Shown piece after piece: positions 47,201-60,939 of a stretch of DNA of 64,000 nucleotides (within the stretch, counting starts at the first letter, position 1; each line of letters starts with the position of its first letter). The DNA comes from Adineta vaga. Lineage: Eukaryota > Animalia > Rotifera. The notes below the pieces were generated by a model, which was not told where the DNA came from, ran no database searches, and saw only the letters and a program-made list of their open reading frames with translations. The position numbers and the translations under genes were made by a program. The stretch spans positions 5,270,001-5,334,000 of the forward strand of contig CP075493.1 of the NCBI GenBank assembly GCA_021613535.1, read 5' to 3'.

Positions 47201-48917
47201 ATTATCTTTTAGGATAATCAAGAGATGAATATTAATTTAGATGATTTAAGACGACAATGGATCGGACAAGTATGTGTTTGTTTTGTTCAAATTTGTTTTT
47301 TTTTATTAGAAAAAAAAATATTCAGGGTGAAGCACATCTCTTTGGTGATATGATGGTTTTATTGAAAGCAGTTGGCGCAATAGATCACGGAAATATAAAA
47401 AATGAATTGTCAGTTTGTACTCATTATGGTCTACGACCAAAAGCAATGACGGAAATCCGGAAAATCCGTCGACAATTGATCCAAATTGGTAAGAAATCCT
47501 CTCAGTTTATTCTCAACAAGAATAATTTCTATGTTCAACATTACCGTTTATTTACTTTTTTCTTCTTAAATAGAAAAAGAAGTAAAATATCCAAAGAAAA
47601 TGACTCTAAATGTTAATATTTACTGTTTATATTGAGCACAAAACTTTTGTTTTTCTCTTCGATCCTATTTTCCGTTCTTCTATCGTTATAGATTCTCGAG
47701 AAAGAAAGAGAGAAAAAAAAACATCATTTATTATCCATATAAGTTGTCGATTGGAAGAAAATATCCACTTCGATAAACATATTTTTCTTTCGACGCAGAA
47801 AGAATAAATAACCAGGGCAATAAAGTCTATATCGAGCACTATATTTCATTTTTAGTTAAGACAATATTACCCGAAACAGCAACAATACTTGATGCTCGTC
47901 TCGTACCACCAAATGAACAACAGATATGTTTATTACGCAAAGTTCTTGCAGCTGGTATGGTCGATCGTTTAGCCAAGTATATGATTAGATACAATATTTG
48001 TTTTTATCTCAAAGAATGATGTGTTTTTTCTTTCTTTTTTAGACGAATGGATGGACCTGTAATGATCAAAGGTCATAAAGCAAATAATGCTTATCAAGTA
48101 ACTCTATTACAAAGTATTTCATATAAAAGGAAAACATTTCATATAAAATTTGTAGACTCTTCTGCTTGAAGAACCAGTATTTATTCATCCATCATCGGTT
48201 CTAATCAATGATTTACCACCATTTGTTTGTTATCAACAATTACATGAAACAAAGCGAATATTTATTAAAGGTTTGTTCTTTTAAAAACGAAGTAGTTTTT
48301 TTTTATTTACTAAATTCAATGAAAATCGGCTTTATCTTGAACTGAATTCGAATATGCTACTTTAGATATTTGTGCGATTCAAATGGATTGGATTGTTCAA
48401 TTGAATCCACATTTATGTTCTTTCGGTCCAATTGAGGAAGATCCATCACCACGTTATGATGAAAATCAAGATAAAATGGTATGCTGTCGTAAAGCAACAA
48501 TTGGTCAACGTGTATCATGGTCACTTGGTCCAGCAATTGAAACATCATTTTCATTAGATACAATCGATCGTTTTCGTTGGTTTGGGAAATCTTTTCTTGA
48601 TGGAATTATTTGTCCAAAATTATTACAATTTCATCCCGCTTTATTATGCTCATCGAATGCTATGGTGAAATCATGGGCATCATTAATGGAACGAACACAA
48701 AAGTTTTTGAATGCATTGGTAGCGAAACAGATCGACAGTCGAGGTCAATTAAAAGAAGTTTGGTCAACTGAACCTAAATGTAAGAAAATGATTTTTTTTA
48801 CTGTCTTTTAAATTCGTTGGTATTTTCTATCTAGATTTACTTGATGTTTATTGTAATTGGTTACCTGAATCAGTGCATGCTCAAGTCAGATCTATTTGGC
48901 CGCCTCTTTCGAAATAA
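44221..48917 (+). CDS. DHX37: DEAH-box RNA helicase DHX37 (Dhr1/kurz), multi-exon
   Basis: [48 protein letters not shown], and a kurz-like C-terminus MVKSWA. Confidence 0.92.
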
Positions 48918-49026
48918 ATTCAATGTTTAAGATTTGTTTTTCTTATGAAAATTCTTTGTTAACAACAAACAGTTGTTTTTGTTTTGTTATCCATTGATAA
49001 ATTTTAGATAGATCGATATAATCGAA

Positions 49027-50731
<1,705 letters not shown>

Positions 50732-51008
50732 ATCTGGTCGAACAGTATTGCTTTTCTCTCTCTCTCTCTCTCTTGTTCATTATAGTAACATTAGATGAAA
50801 CAAATTTAAATAAAAGATACGTACACATTTTCTCCTCATCGTCATCGTCTTCTTCTTCTTCTTCTTCTTTTTCGTTCTCTTCTCGTTTTACTATCTCTTC
50901 AATTGTTTGTTCATGTCCATTGTCAAAAGAGATTAGTCATTGAACAATGTAAATAATCAGAGAGAAAAGAACGAAAGTAAATACAGAAAATTTGCCCAGA
51001 AGTAAAAA

Positions 51009-51515
51009 ATGTTGTGTCGACAATGGTCGATGTTCATCGTGGTAACCTTTCTATGTAATTCATTAGCCTATGCTCATCGTAAAACGTCTTCACGAAGTTC
51101 ATTTTCCTGTTTTAAATGTACACATCATGATAAACCACAAGAAATGAAAGAAGCTGCTTGTATGAAAAAATTCGATCCTAGTAAATACACTCAAGAAGGA
51201 TGCGTAAGTGACAATGGACCTGGGAAATGTCTTAAATCTTATGCTAAAACTGAAGCACGTACAAAGAAACAAATCGAAGATGATGAACGATCATTAACAG
51301 TACGCAAATGTGTTTCACAAGGTGAACTTGAATATTTAAAAAATGTTCGAAATATTGATACAAGTGATGGTTGCCATACAATTCGTTCAACAAAAACCAA
51401 ACATAAAGTATATTGTTTTTGTTCGACAAATCTATGTAATCAAGCGAAAAGCCATGTGTCAAAATCAATAGTGACATTCATTTTTTGTATAGTTTTTCTG
51501 AAAATAAATTTCTGA
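51009..51515 (+). CDS. Ly6/three-finger (quiver/sleepless-like) secreted, probably GPI-anchored protein
   Basis: Signal peptide, CFKC, CLKS, VRKC, YCFCSTNLCN, hydrophobic C-terminal tail. Single exon. Confidence 0.8.
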   Translation: MLCRQWSMFIVVTFLCNSLAYAHRKTSSRSSFSCFKCTHHDKPQEMKEAACMKKFDPSKYTQEGCVSDNGPGKCLKSYAKTEARTKKQIEDDERSLTVRKCVSQGELEYLKNVRNIDTSDGCHTIRSTKTKHKVYCFCSTNLCNQAKSHVSKSIVTFIFCIVFLKINF

Positions 51516-51654
51516 AGAATGATTCTCGAATGTTATCGAACATAACATTTCATTTAAATCCATTAGAAAGGTTTCTGTTTGTTTTGTTTAAATAAAAAAA
51601 GATGTTGTCAAGTTTGTACAAAACATTTCGAGAGAGAAGAAAAACAACGTTTAT

Positions 51655-52296
51655 ATGGCGTCTACGAAGCGAGTTATAGTTAGTATATTATTAACTTATT
51701 TCTTTGAAAAATTTTACATATATTGATCTATTTAGACTACTGCTGTATATGCTAGTTCACCAGATCAGTCTAGCATCCCATACGGATATTCGCCATCTAG
51801 TAATCGAGTGAATAAGAAATTTTTTACAAATTCAGAAAAGTCCGTGATTGATCTCAATTCCAATGATGGACAATATCTACCAACTAATTTTCGTGCAAGT
51901 TTTAGACACATTCATCCAAAAGAACCTGAAAAGAAACATGGTCCAAAAACTACACTTCATGGACGTCGTCACGTTCAACAACATATACTATTACCACCGT
52001 CGGACTCCGAAATGTCATTAAAGAATCCATCTGTTCAAGACAGACCAACAGCTGTTGGAAATAAACATCCATTTATACGACCATCTAGACAAGTAAATAA
52101 TCAACAAACAGAAATACCTCCACGACCTGTTCATCCACAAAGATCTAAGAGAACGGTAACAAAACCAGAAACAATTCCTGCCAAAGTAGATCCAAGACAA
52201 GTTCGTAAACCTGTTAAATTACTAGATTATACGGATACAATGTCGAAAGATCATCGCTATGCTGTCGTATCGAATGGCAACGCATCAAACAGTTGA
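51655..52296 (+). CDS. Uncharacterised basic Pro/Arg-rich protein, 2 exons
   Basis: ATG at 51655, intron ~51679-51735, in frame with the 51808 ORF. No family recognised. Confidence 0.5.
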
Positions 52297-52626
52297 TAAT
52301 CGTCGTCAAAGAGAAGTCGTAGAATCTCATGTTGAACCATTGACACGATATCCTAATGGACATAATTAAAACACAGAAAATGTTTTAGGTTTTTCTTTTG
52401 ATAAAATAAAACCAATTGCTTTTTAAAGAAAAACGTACTGAATATCTTTTCTCTCATATTAGATCAGATGATCAAATAGTTTTACTATATAACACTATGG
52501 CGTCATCTTTCGTTGATGGACATTTAATCAGCCTATGAAAAGCTTGGATTTTCCCCGACGACGAACGAACGAACGAACGAATAGATGGAATTTAAATCAT
52601 CATATATGTATTAGTTTAGGATACTT

Positions 52627-55489
52627 ATGGCGAACAAGGAAGACCTCAATAATGGTAAATCTTTTTTCCGAAAGCAAAAAAATAACAAATCATTTTCTGT
52701 CCATTCATAGATGATGAAGTTCGTCGTCTTGATTCATCATTTTTAAACCTTCTTCCAGTTAAAACATCATCACAACGTGATCGACAAACATTTCGTACAG
52801 CATTTGTTCATTCAGCAGCAATACTATTTGTTTTAGTTTGTGGTGCCTGTGCTGTTCTTGCTTATCGTGTTTTAGAACCATTTCTTCGAAGTATTCTATG
52901 GTCAGTATTAGCCGGTGCATTCTTATTTCCACTCAAGAATCATTTAACATCTCTTGCGCGTCGTTATTTACGTCAATTAGATACTGATTCACATGTATTA
53001 GTCTATGGATTATTTATTCTTCTACCATTAAGAACAATTGATCGAACTATCGAATCAATTGGTCCATTATGTTTACGTAATTGGAAACAATTAGCATTCA
53101 TTGTAATATTTTTATCAACGATTGAATTACTTCAGAGTGGTGCTGTTTATCATTGGTTCATAACAGTTAGTGATGATATTACAAATACACTCATATTTAT
53201 TGTTCATATTTTTGATTCTGTATGGATAACTACATTAGTTATTGCGTATTTAATTGCTGTACTAACAATTTATGATAATTCACCAATCATTAAAAGTATA
53301 TTGAATATTATTGCTGTACCAGTTTGGTTCATTTTATTCGTTTATTTGTCACAATTTCTTCCAGTCACTTACCGATTGATTGTTATTATCCTATCGATTA
53401 TATTAATAGTGGTAGGTTTTATTGTTGATATAAGAGAACATTTCGATCGAACTGTTCCTCGTAAGTAATCTATGAAATTTCTCTATTGAATTGATTCGAT
53501 TGTAATACTATTTTGTTTCTCAATAGGTTCTAATGATATCGATAGTCAACATCGTCAAAAATGGATTTTCACCGATGCAATTGATATCTTCTATCGTATT
53601 CGAGCATATTATCGGGAAAAAAAAGCTCAAGTTCAATCGCCAACTACTGCACTATCTTCAGCCATTTCTGCACCTTATTTTACATTTGTACTTTGGTCAT
53701 TAATTGCAATTAAAGTCTATCAATTTCATTGGTATCTAATATCAATTCTTATTTTTGTTATTATTTATAAAATAATCAAATGTCTATTGATAAGAACATA
53801 TGTTTATTTAACACGACAAGAAAGTGTTCAATATCTCATTCAACAAATCATTAATTTTCTACAAGTTCGGTAAGAAGATGTTTAATGTAAAGAAAAACCA
53901 TAGTTTTCATACTTTTTCTTCTTCTATTCTTTCACATTAGACGTGATGTTTTAACACCATCACCATTACATGGTCTTGTTCGTTGTTTAATTAAAGGTGA
54001 CAAGAAATTTAATTATGGTTTGCAAGCATCAATCGATTATCTCGTCAGCGCATTCATGATTGTTACATTACTTGTTGCTGTTCTCTTTGGAACTATACTA
54101 TTGCTTATTCAGGTTTTTCTATTCATATACGTTATTTTTCTTTTTCAAATAGTAACTATTGTGTGGTATTTTAGATTCATCATGAAAGTATACATATGAT
54201 TAGATTAACAAGTAATCTCATAAATGAAACAATTACACTTCATCAATCATTTCAATATATGCTACCTGAGAAAGAACATATGGGTCAATTGTTGGATACA
54301 GCAATGAATAATTTCTATTTCGTTGGAAGAGGTTGGATAACGAAACAGGTTCGAAGCTATACGCATTTTTAAGTTTTGTTTTCCTCACAGTATATTTATG
54401 ATATTTTTTAGATTAATGTATTGGATCATAATCATTCATCGAATGCTAAACTTGAAGAAGAAGTTTTACAATTATGGGATCGTCTATATACATATATGAT
54501 GAATACGTCAACAATTCTATCAGCAAATGAAAATCGTAGTACTATTATGTATTCTTCAGCTAATCATACATTATTAATACCAAATTTATTTACGCAAATG
54601 CAAACAAATTTTGATTTTCATTTAAATGATTTATATCGTCTAATTCGAGATAATCTTGGTTTATTACGCACTGTTCTCGATTCAATTTGGTCGAATACAA
54701 CGCTTCTATTAACATTATTATCAACAATTATTTCCTTACTTTTCACGGGTGGTTTTGCATTATTTAATTTTCTTGTCGCATTTATAGTCTTTGTTACTTT
54801 ACTTTTCTATTTACTTTCACATTCGGATCAACCAATTTATCGACCAACTGAATGGTTAAATAATGCATTAGCAGTTGGCGAACGAGGTTTAGGAAAAGCA
54901 GTGAATGATGCTGTAACAAGTGTTTTTGTTGCTTCACTCAAAATCGCTGCTTTTTATGGTCTTTATACTTATGTTTTGCATACAATCGTTAGTTCAAATC
55001 TAGTTTTTTTACCAGCGGTTATTGCATCAATATGTGCCGTAACATTGAAATCATATTGGGCTGCATTACCTGGCTGTCTTGATTTGTGGCTTGTGCAACA
55101 ACGACCCATAGGTGCTCTCTTGTTATTACTTGGACAAATTGCACCCGTCTATGTTGTTGATACAGCGATTTATAGTGAAGTGAAAGGCGGCGGACATCAA
55201 GTAAAATTTGATTATGTAGGAAAAATAATGATTCGAAATGTGTGTGTTTTCTTTTTAGTATCTAACAGCATTGGCAATTGCCGGTGGTGTTTACTATCGA
55301 GGCATTGAAGGAGCTTTGATCGGACCAATTGTTTTATGTTGTTTATTAGTTGGTGTCAAGCTATATAATGAAACCATGGCTACAACATCATCTTCAAATC
55401 ATGAACAAGAGCCTTCGACTCCTTTAGTAACTTATTCAAAAAAACCTTTTGTACGTTCTCAAAGTTTACAAACAATGTTTGTTAGTTAG
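52627..55489 (+). CDS. TMEM245: Transmembrane protein 245, multi-exon
   Basis: PFLRSILWSVLAGAFLFPLK, VFVASLKIAAFYGLYT, YWAALP, GGHQ|YLTALAIAGG..GIEGALIGPIVLC. Confidence 0.88.
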
Positions 55490-56489
55490 TTTTTCTCAAT
55501 GTTGTAAGATATATATTATATGTGCTTCTTTGTTCTTGATGGCATTACAAGTTTCTTGCTCAGTAGTTTATTTATTTTTCTAAAGAAAAATTTTACTTTA
55601 GTCATAAATTGTTATTTAAAAAAATAAATTATTATAGTCAATGTTGTATTTATTACATTCATATTTTCACTATAAATTCATGAGATAGATTTATGGGGGA
55701 AAAAACGATTACATTTATTGTTTGAAACTATTTTTCTTCCCTACGTAAAACATTTGATTATATAATGTTTTTTTCACTTTACATGCAACCATTAAAGAAA
55801 TCTTCTAATGTAAATTACAAGTATATTCAGACTTTTGTATTTTCTTATACTTCAAAGATTTTTCATTCAAATGATTTTTGCATACGCCTTTTACCTCTAT
55901 TCTTGCTATCGCCGGCGTCCATCTTTTTTTCTTTTACATTTGCTCACTTTACATTTTGGGTGTTGTTGTTATTGTTATTGTTCGTTTGAACTATAAACAC
56001 GCAAACACTTGAATAGTGTATAAACGTACAGTACTTTTTTCATTATTGACGTCAGAACAACCGTAAGTAAAAACTTCACGATAGAAACACAACGTAAAAA
56101 ATAGAGAGAAAAGAGTGTTGATGTTTTCTTTTGAAAGGAACTAGTGAAAGACAACAAAAGAAAATTTAAAGATAATACATTCAATACTTACATGTCCATT
56201 TCTCTCACTCTCTTTCTGGTAAAAGCTTCGCACGAATAATTTTTCTCTATAATAAAAAGATGAATCACGAAAAATACATTTGACAACGATGAGAACATAC
56301 CTTTTTCTTTTTTTTCTGCTTCCGATTATTTATATAGCAAAGTAAGTGCAAATAAAACAACTGGCATTTTCATAAAAGCATTTTATAATTTTCGATTACA
56401 TTTTATTAACAACAAGTAAGAAACGAAAGCGTTTCTTTGTCTCTTCCTCTTATTTCACGTAAAGACAACGAACAAAACGATTTGAAATC

Positions 56490-57329
56490 ATGCAAGCTTA
56501 TCCAAACTCTTATGCACCAGCAGGTCCAGGAGCAGTTCGCTATATGGTACCAGGTGCTTATAGACAACCTTATCCACCATTTGTTAATCGATCATACGAT
56601 CGTTTTGCCGTCATGCCAACAACATATCGTGCACCAGCAGTACCACGAGCTACACATTATCCACCTTCATATGGACCAGGATATGGTCAAGGAGCAGCAC
56701 CAAATCAACCAGGTCCAACGCAACCAGCTCCTACGCAACATGCTCCAACTGTGAAAGGAAATAAAAATGCGTTACAAACTCAAAGACCATCACAACAAAA
56801 CTTATTCAATCCAAATGCAACGAAAAATAAAAACTCCGTTGCAGCAGCCACTGGAACAAAAACACCAGTTCTAAAAAAGGGTGCCAAAGAATTCAAAGAT
56901 GCTGCATTTACAATTGAACCTAATGGTGCACAAAATGATGCTATTCGTGGTCTTGTTTCTAATGATGATATTAATAATTTATTGAAACATAAAGGAACAA
57001 AAGTAAAAGTATCGAAAATCTATAGAATTACTAAAACAAGACCTGAAGAACTTTCTGAAAGTGAAGATGAAGCACCACCTCCTCCCAAAGCCAAAGCTCA
57101 ACGTCCACGATCTCCTTCAGCAGATAGTTATTGTTCTCAATGTGCAAATGAACAATCACATGAGTATGATGATTGTCCTCTATGCCGTGCTCAACTACAA
57201 CAAGTACATGTTTATGATGATTGTCCTGAATGTCGTGCTCAAAGACAACAGGTTCATGTCTACGATGATTGCCCTGAATGCCGTGCAGAACGAGATCGCG
57301 AATTAGCCAGACGACAATCAGTAAAATAA
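56490..57329 (+). CDS. Orphan protein: Pro/Tyr/Gly-rich N-terminus and C-terminal CxxC tandem repeats
   Basis: 279-aa single-exon ORF with coding-like composition and a downstream AATAAA. Confidence 0.75.
   Translation: MQAYPNSYAPAGPGAVRYMVPGAYRQPYPPFVNRSYDRFAVMPTTYRAPAVPRATHYPPSYGPGYGQGAAPNQPGPTQPAPTQHAPTVKGNKNALQTQRPSQQNLFNPNATKNKNSVAAATGTKTPVLKKGAKEFKDAAFTIEPNGAQNDAIRGLVSNDDINNLLKHKGTKVKVSKIYRITKTRPEELSESEDEAPPPPKAKAQRPRSPSADSYCSQCANEQSHEYDDCPLCRAQLQQVHVYDDCPECRAQRQQVHVYDDCPECRAERDRELARRQSVK
57159..57302 (+). repeat. Coding tandem repeat, 3 x 48 nt (HxYDDCPxCRA...)
   Basis: Units start at 57159, 57207 and 57255. Confidence 0.9.
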
Positions 57330-58329
57330 ACTTTCAGAATTTCGTTTCACACACAATTGTAAAAATATATATTTATGAATTATATTATAAGAGTTTTCTT
57401 TTCTGATAATAAATAAATTTTTGTATTAAAATTTTTTCTTTTTTTCAAAATCAATTTATCTATTCCTGCGACATTCCAAGTCTCAGACAATTAGTTGAGA
57501 ATAATTGTATCTATCATGATTGATCTCAACGAAAATATCTGAACGGAAACGCGAGAGAGAAAGAGTGCAAATTTCAGTTCGTATTGTAACGAATTGTTAG
57601 TAAAATACACATTTTTTGTATATGATGATTGTAAAATTAGAGTAGAAATAGAAATCGAATGTTTTATGTTGATTAACTCAACACATGAGATATTGTCTTG
57701 GACAAAAAATATAAGTTAGTGTCTTATTAAATCTTCAGACGTTAATATCAATGTTATCGATTCTATTCTAATAAGAATGTTGACAGGAAGCGGCAGTAAG
57801 ACGCTTTGGTTTGAGTTTGATAAGAATCTTTCATTCATGTAAATCTTAACTAGAGAAAAACTTGTTATTCAAATTAATCGTAAATGAAAATCGCTGATAA
57901 ATAGCATAAAAAGAATAAATGATTATATTCGAAAAATAAATATTATGTAGAAAGGAAGCCGATAAATTCTAATCTTATAACTCCATTTTTTGTCGAGTGT
58001 TTGCAAGGACTGACGGCGCAATCGCCATGACCTACTCTCTCATTTTCAACACGCAAATACTAATTTCTGACGTAGTCTTATGATAGATCTCAAGATAATT
58101 CTAAATTGAAAGCGTCGTTTCTAAGACAACTACTAAGCAAAGATTATTTTTGTTATCTATTTACATATATATATTTTCGAATCTCGAGAATGCCCAAGAT
58201 CTGACTCAACATAGTTTCTTATCTAAACACGATAAATCATGACTATTTCTCATTCTTATCTAACTCATATATACTCTTGTAATTCTTACATATACAGATA
58301 AATTCTTTTAAACACAAACGATTAGTAAA

Positions 58330-60719
58330 ATGCCGATTGATTTGACATGTTTGACTACATATCCACCACTACCAGTAATACCAACGATTAGTAATGATTC
58401 TACAGCAACAGCAACAACTCATGCAAGTTATAAACCAAAAAGTGGTGGTCTAGCTCAGATTCTATCGAATTCAATCATTAATTCAGTCTTTTCTATTGAT
58501 GATGTTCGTTCTTTATTAAAAAGATTATTTAGCAAAGAGATTAATACATTGAATAATTATTCCGAAATAACTAAAACAAAACCAATGCCTACAATTATCC
58601 TTTATACAAGTATTGCTTTGGCATTATTTTTAGTGTTTTCAATAACTTTTTGTGTTGTCTCGTGTCTCAATTGTAGCAAACGAACAACATCCGTACGTAA
58701 ATCATCAATTACAAAGACAATGCATTTTCTTATGATAACTCTTCTTTTTTTTCTCTCAGGGACGGAAACGTCGCCAATCAAGAACGAATCATGTTTGTAT
58801 ATGTCTTGTAGTTCTCGTTTATTTACTTGGAATAGGTGATATGATCTACGTTGCTTGTCGTATTAACAAATCTACAGTAGCTATCGATGATACTATCGAA
58901 TATGCCAATCGTGAAATTTATCCAAAACAAGTCTCTGAACATCTAACCTATATAATCCATCAAATAGAAAATGTCGATGCATATTGTATTCAACGTATGT
59001 TTTATTGAAAACTATTCAATGAAATACTATTTCTTGATCTTTTAGCCGATTCAATTTTAATTAATGCATCGAAAACAATGATTATCAAAACATTTAATGA
59101 AATCTTAAGAAAGAAATATTTCATTGAAGATGTTAGTCAATCTCTTAAAAAAGTTGATAATAGTATTCAAACTATCAATCAACTCGTTGAACAAGATGCA
59201 AATATTTCACAAATAGCCAAAGATATCTATCAAAATGCAAAAGATCAATATAATTCGATGATTGATTCTTTACAAAAACCATTAGAAGAAGTTTGTCGTT
59301 ATGCAGCCGGTACACAAACCGATATTGATGAGAAATTAGTTCAAGCATTGAATCTTGTTCATCGAAAATTAGTCGAAATAATTAATATCATTAGACGAGA
59401 TATTCTGAATCCAATAACAACATCGGACAATCAAATGTTTATGAATAGTGATATCGAAGAACAAGTTCGACAATATGTGAAGATGAGTGGAATAATCTCT
59501 CTTGTTTTCGTGATTTTTCTTACACTTATTCCAACTGGTTTTGCAATTCTTATATTATTATCGTGTTTGTGTAAAGGAAATCCCGAAGAATCATCATATG
59601 AAAAACAGTTCGTATATTATTGAAATATTCTATACTGATTTTGTTTTCATACATAGTGATGACATTCGAATGAATCATATGAGAAGACCATCAGAAACAT
59701 CATCTAAAAATAGTCATCATTCACAACCGTATTCTTCGTAAGTATTTCTATTGAAATTTCAGACACAAAAAATTGAATTTCTTTCTTAACCGAGACAGCT
59801 ATTATCAGCACGATAATATCGAATACAGAAATAAGGGTCCATCTGGTGTGGTACTTTGTTTGATGCGTATTGCATTTACTGTAATGATTATAATGTTAAT
59901 CATTATGACGATTTTAACAGGAGCTTACTATACAGCTGATATAGCTTTGCACAGTGCATGTCGAACAGTACACGATGATCAATCATTCTTAATTCCGTTT
60001 ATTACAAGTAAATGTTTTCGTAAAAGTTCGATTTTAATTCTTTTTTTCATTTCAAATAGATCAAGTCATTGGAACTACTACATTCTTTACAGATGATACT
60101 GATTTAAATACGACTGTTTTGAATTTGATTGATGATTGTCATAATCATGTACATTTTACTCGAAGACTGATGGATAATTATTGGCCAACATTAGACCGTT
60201 ATTTAACTGATATGATGAATGAATTAAATAAGCAAATCTATGATCAATTTATAAATTCAATTTATCAAATAGATATTCCAGATGAAATCAATCTACTTGC
60301 TCAATTTGCTAATAAAACAAACATATCAGATATTGCCAATCAAGTTAATGAGATTAATACAGATTTAAATGGACTCAATACAATATTAGGTAATATCGGT
60401 GCTGGGGGATCAGCATTACCTGAAAATATCACTCAATCGACGATTGTTGAAGTGAGTTCAGTAACTATTTGAAAGAAACATATCGTAGCAAGAATATTTC
60501 ATATTCTTCTAGTTTAATGACTATTTAAAACAAGTAGTCGAATCAACACTGGATAGTTGTCCTTTACCATTCGCTATGATTTATAAAACCGACACATTAG
60601 TTTGTCATCAATTAGGTGATTCTATCAATGGTTTATGGTTTAGTGTATTCTTTTCTATGTTTGTGACTACAGTTGGTCTATGTATTTTTGGTATTTGGAT
60701 TTACAAACGATCAACTTAA
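58330..60719 (+). CDS. Prominin-like multi-pass membrane protein, multi-exon
   Basis: About 5 TM segments, Cys-rich stretch after TM1, two large helical loops, CRTVHD, and C-terminal CP..VCHQLGDSINGLWF resembling the prominin C..D.LN.FWF motif. Confidence 0.65.
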
Positions 60720-60939
60720 ACATTCTGATTATTTCTATTTTTTTCTTCTTTCATAACTTTTTAATTATCAGTAAAGATTCTAATATATTTCATCTAATGA
60801 TTTATTTGTCTTTATTTTCAATTATATTTCGGATCTAAACACACACAATAACTTATTTACAACACGGACAAACAAAACCACGCATAATGTGTATTTACAG
60901 AGACAAAAAGAATGAAAACAAAATTCTGTCAGAGTGAGT

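Noticed and set aside
47490-47855. Long DHX37 intron as snoRNA host or alternative terminal exon
   Set aside because: No clear C/D or H/ACA boxes; the internal acceptor at ~47573 has no further support.
52557-52581. (ACGA)n tract before TMEM245; also (AC)/(AT) at ~39975-40000 and (TTTG)n at ~32508-32527
   Set aside because: Ordinary microsatellites.
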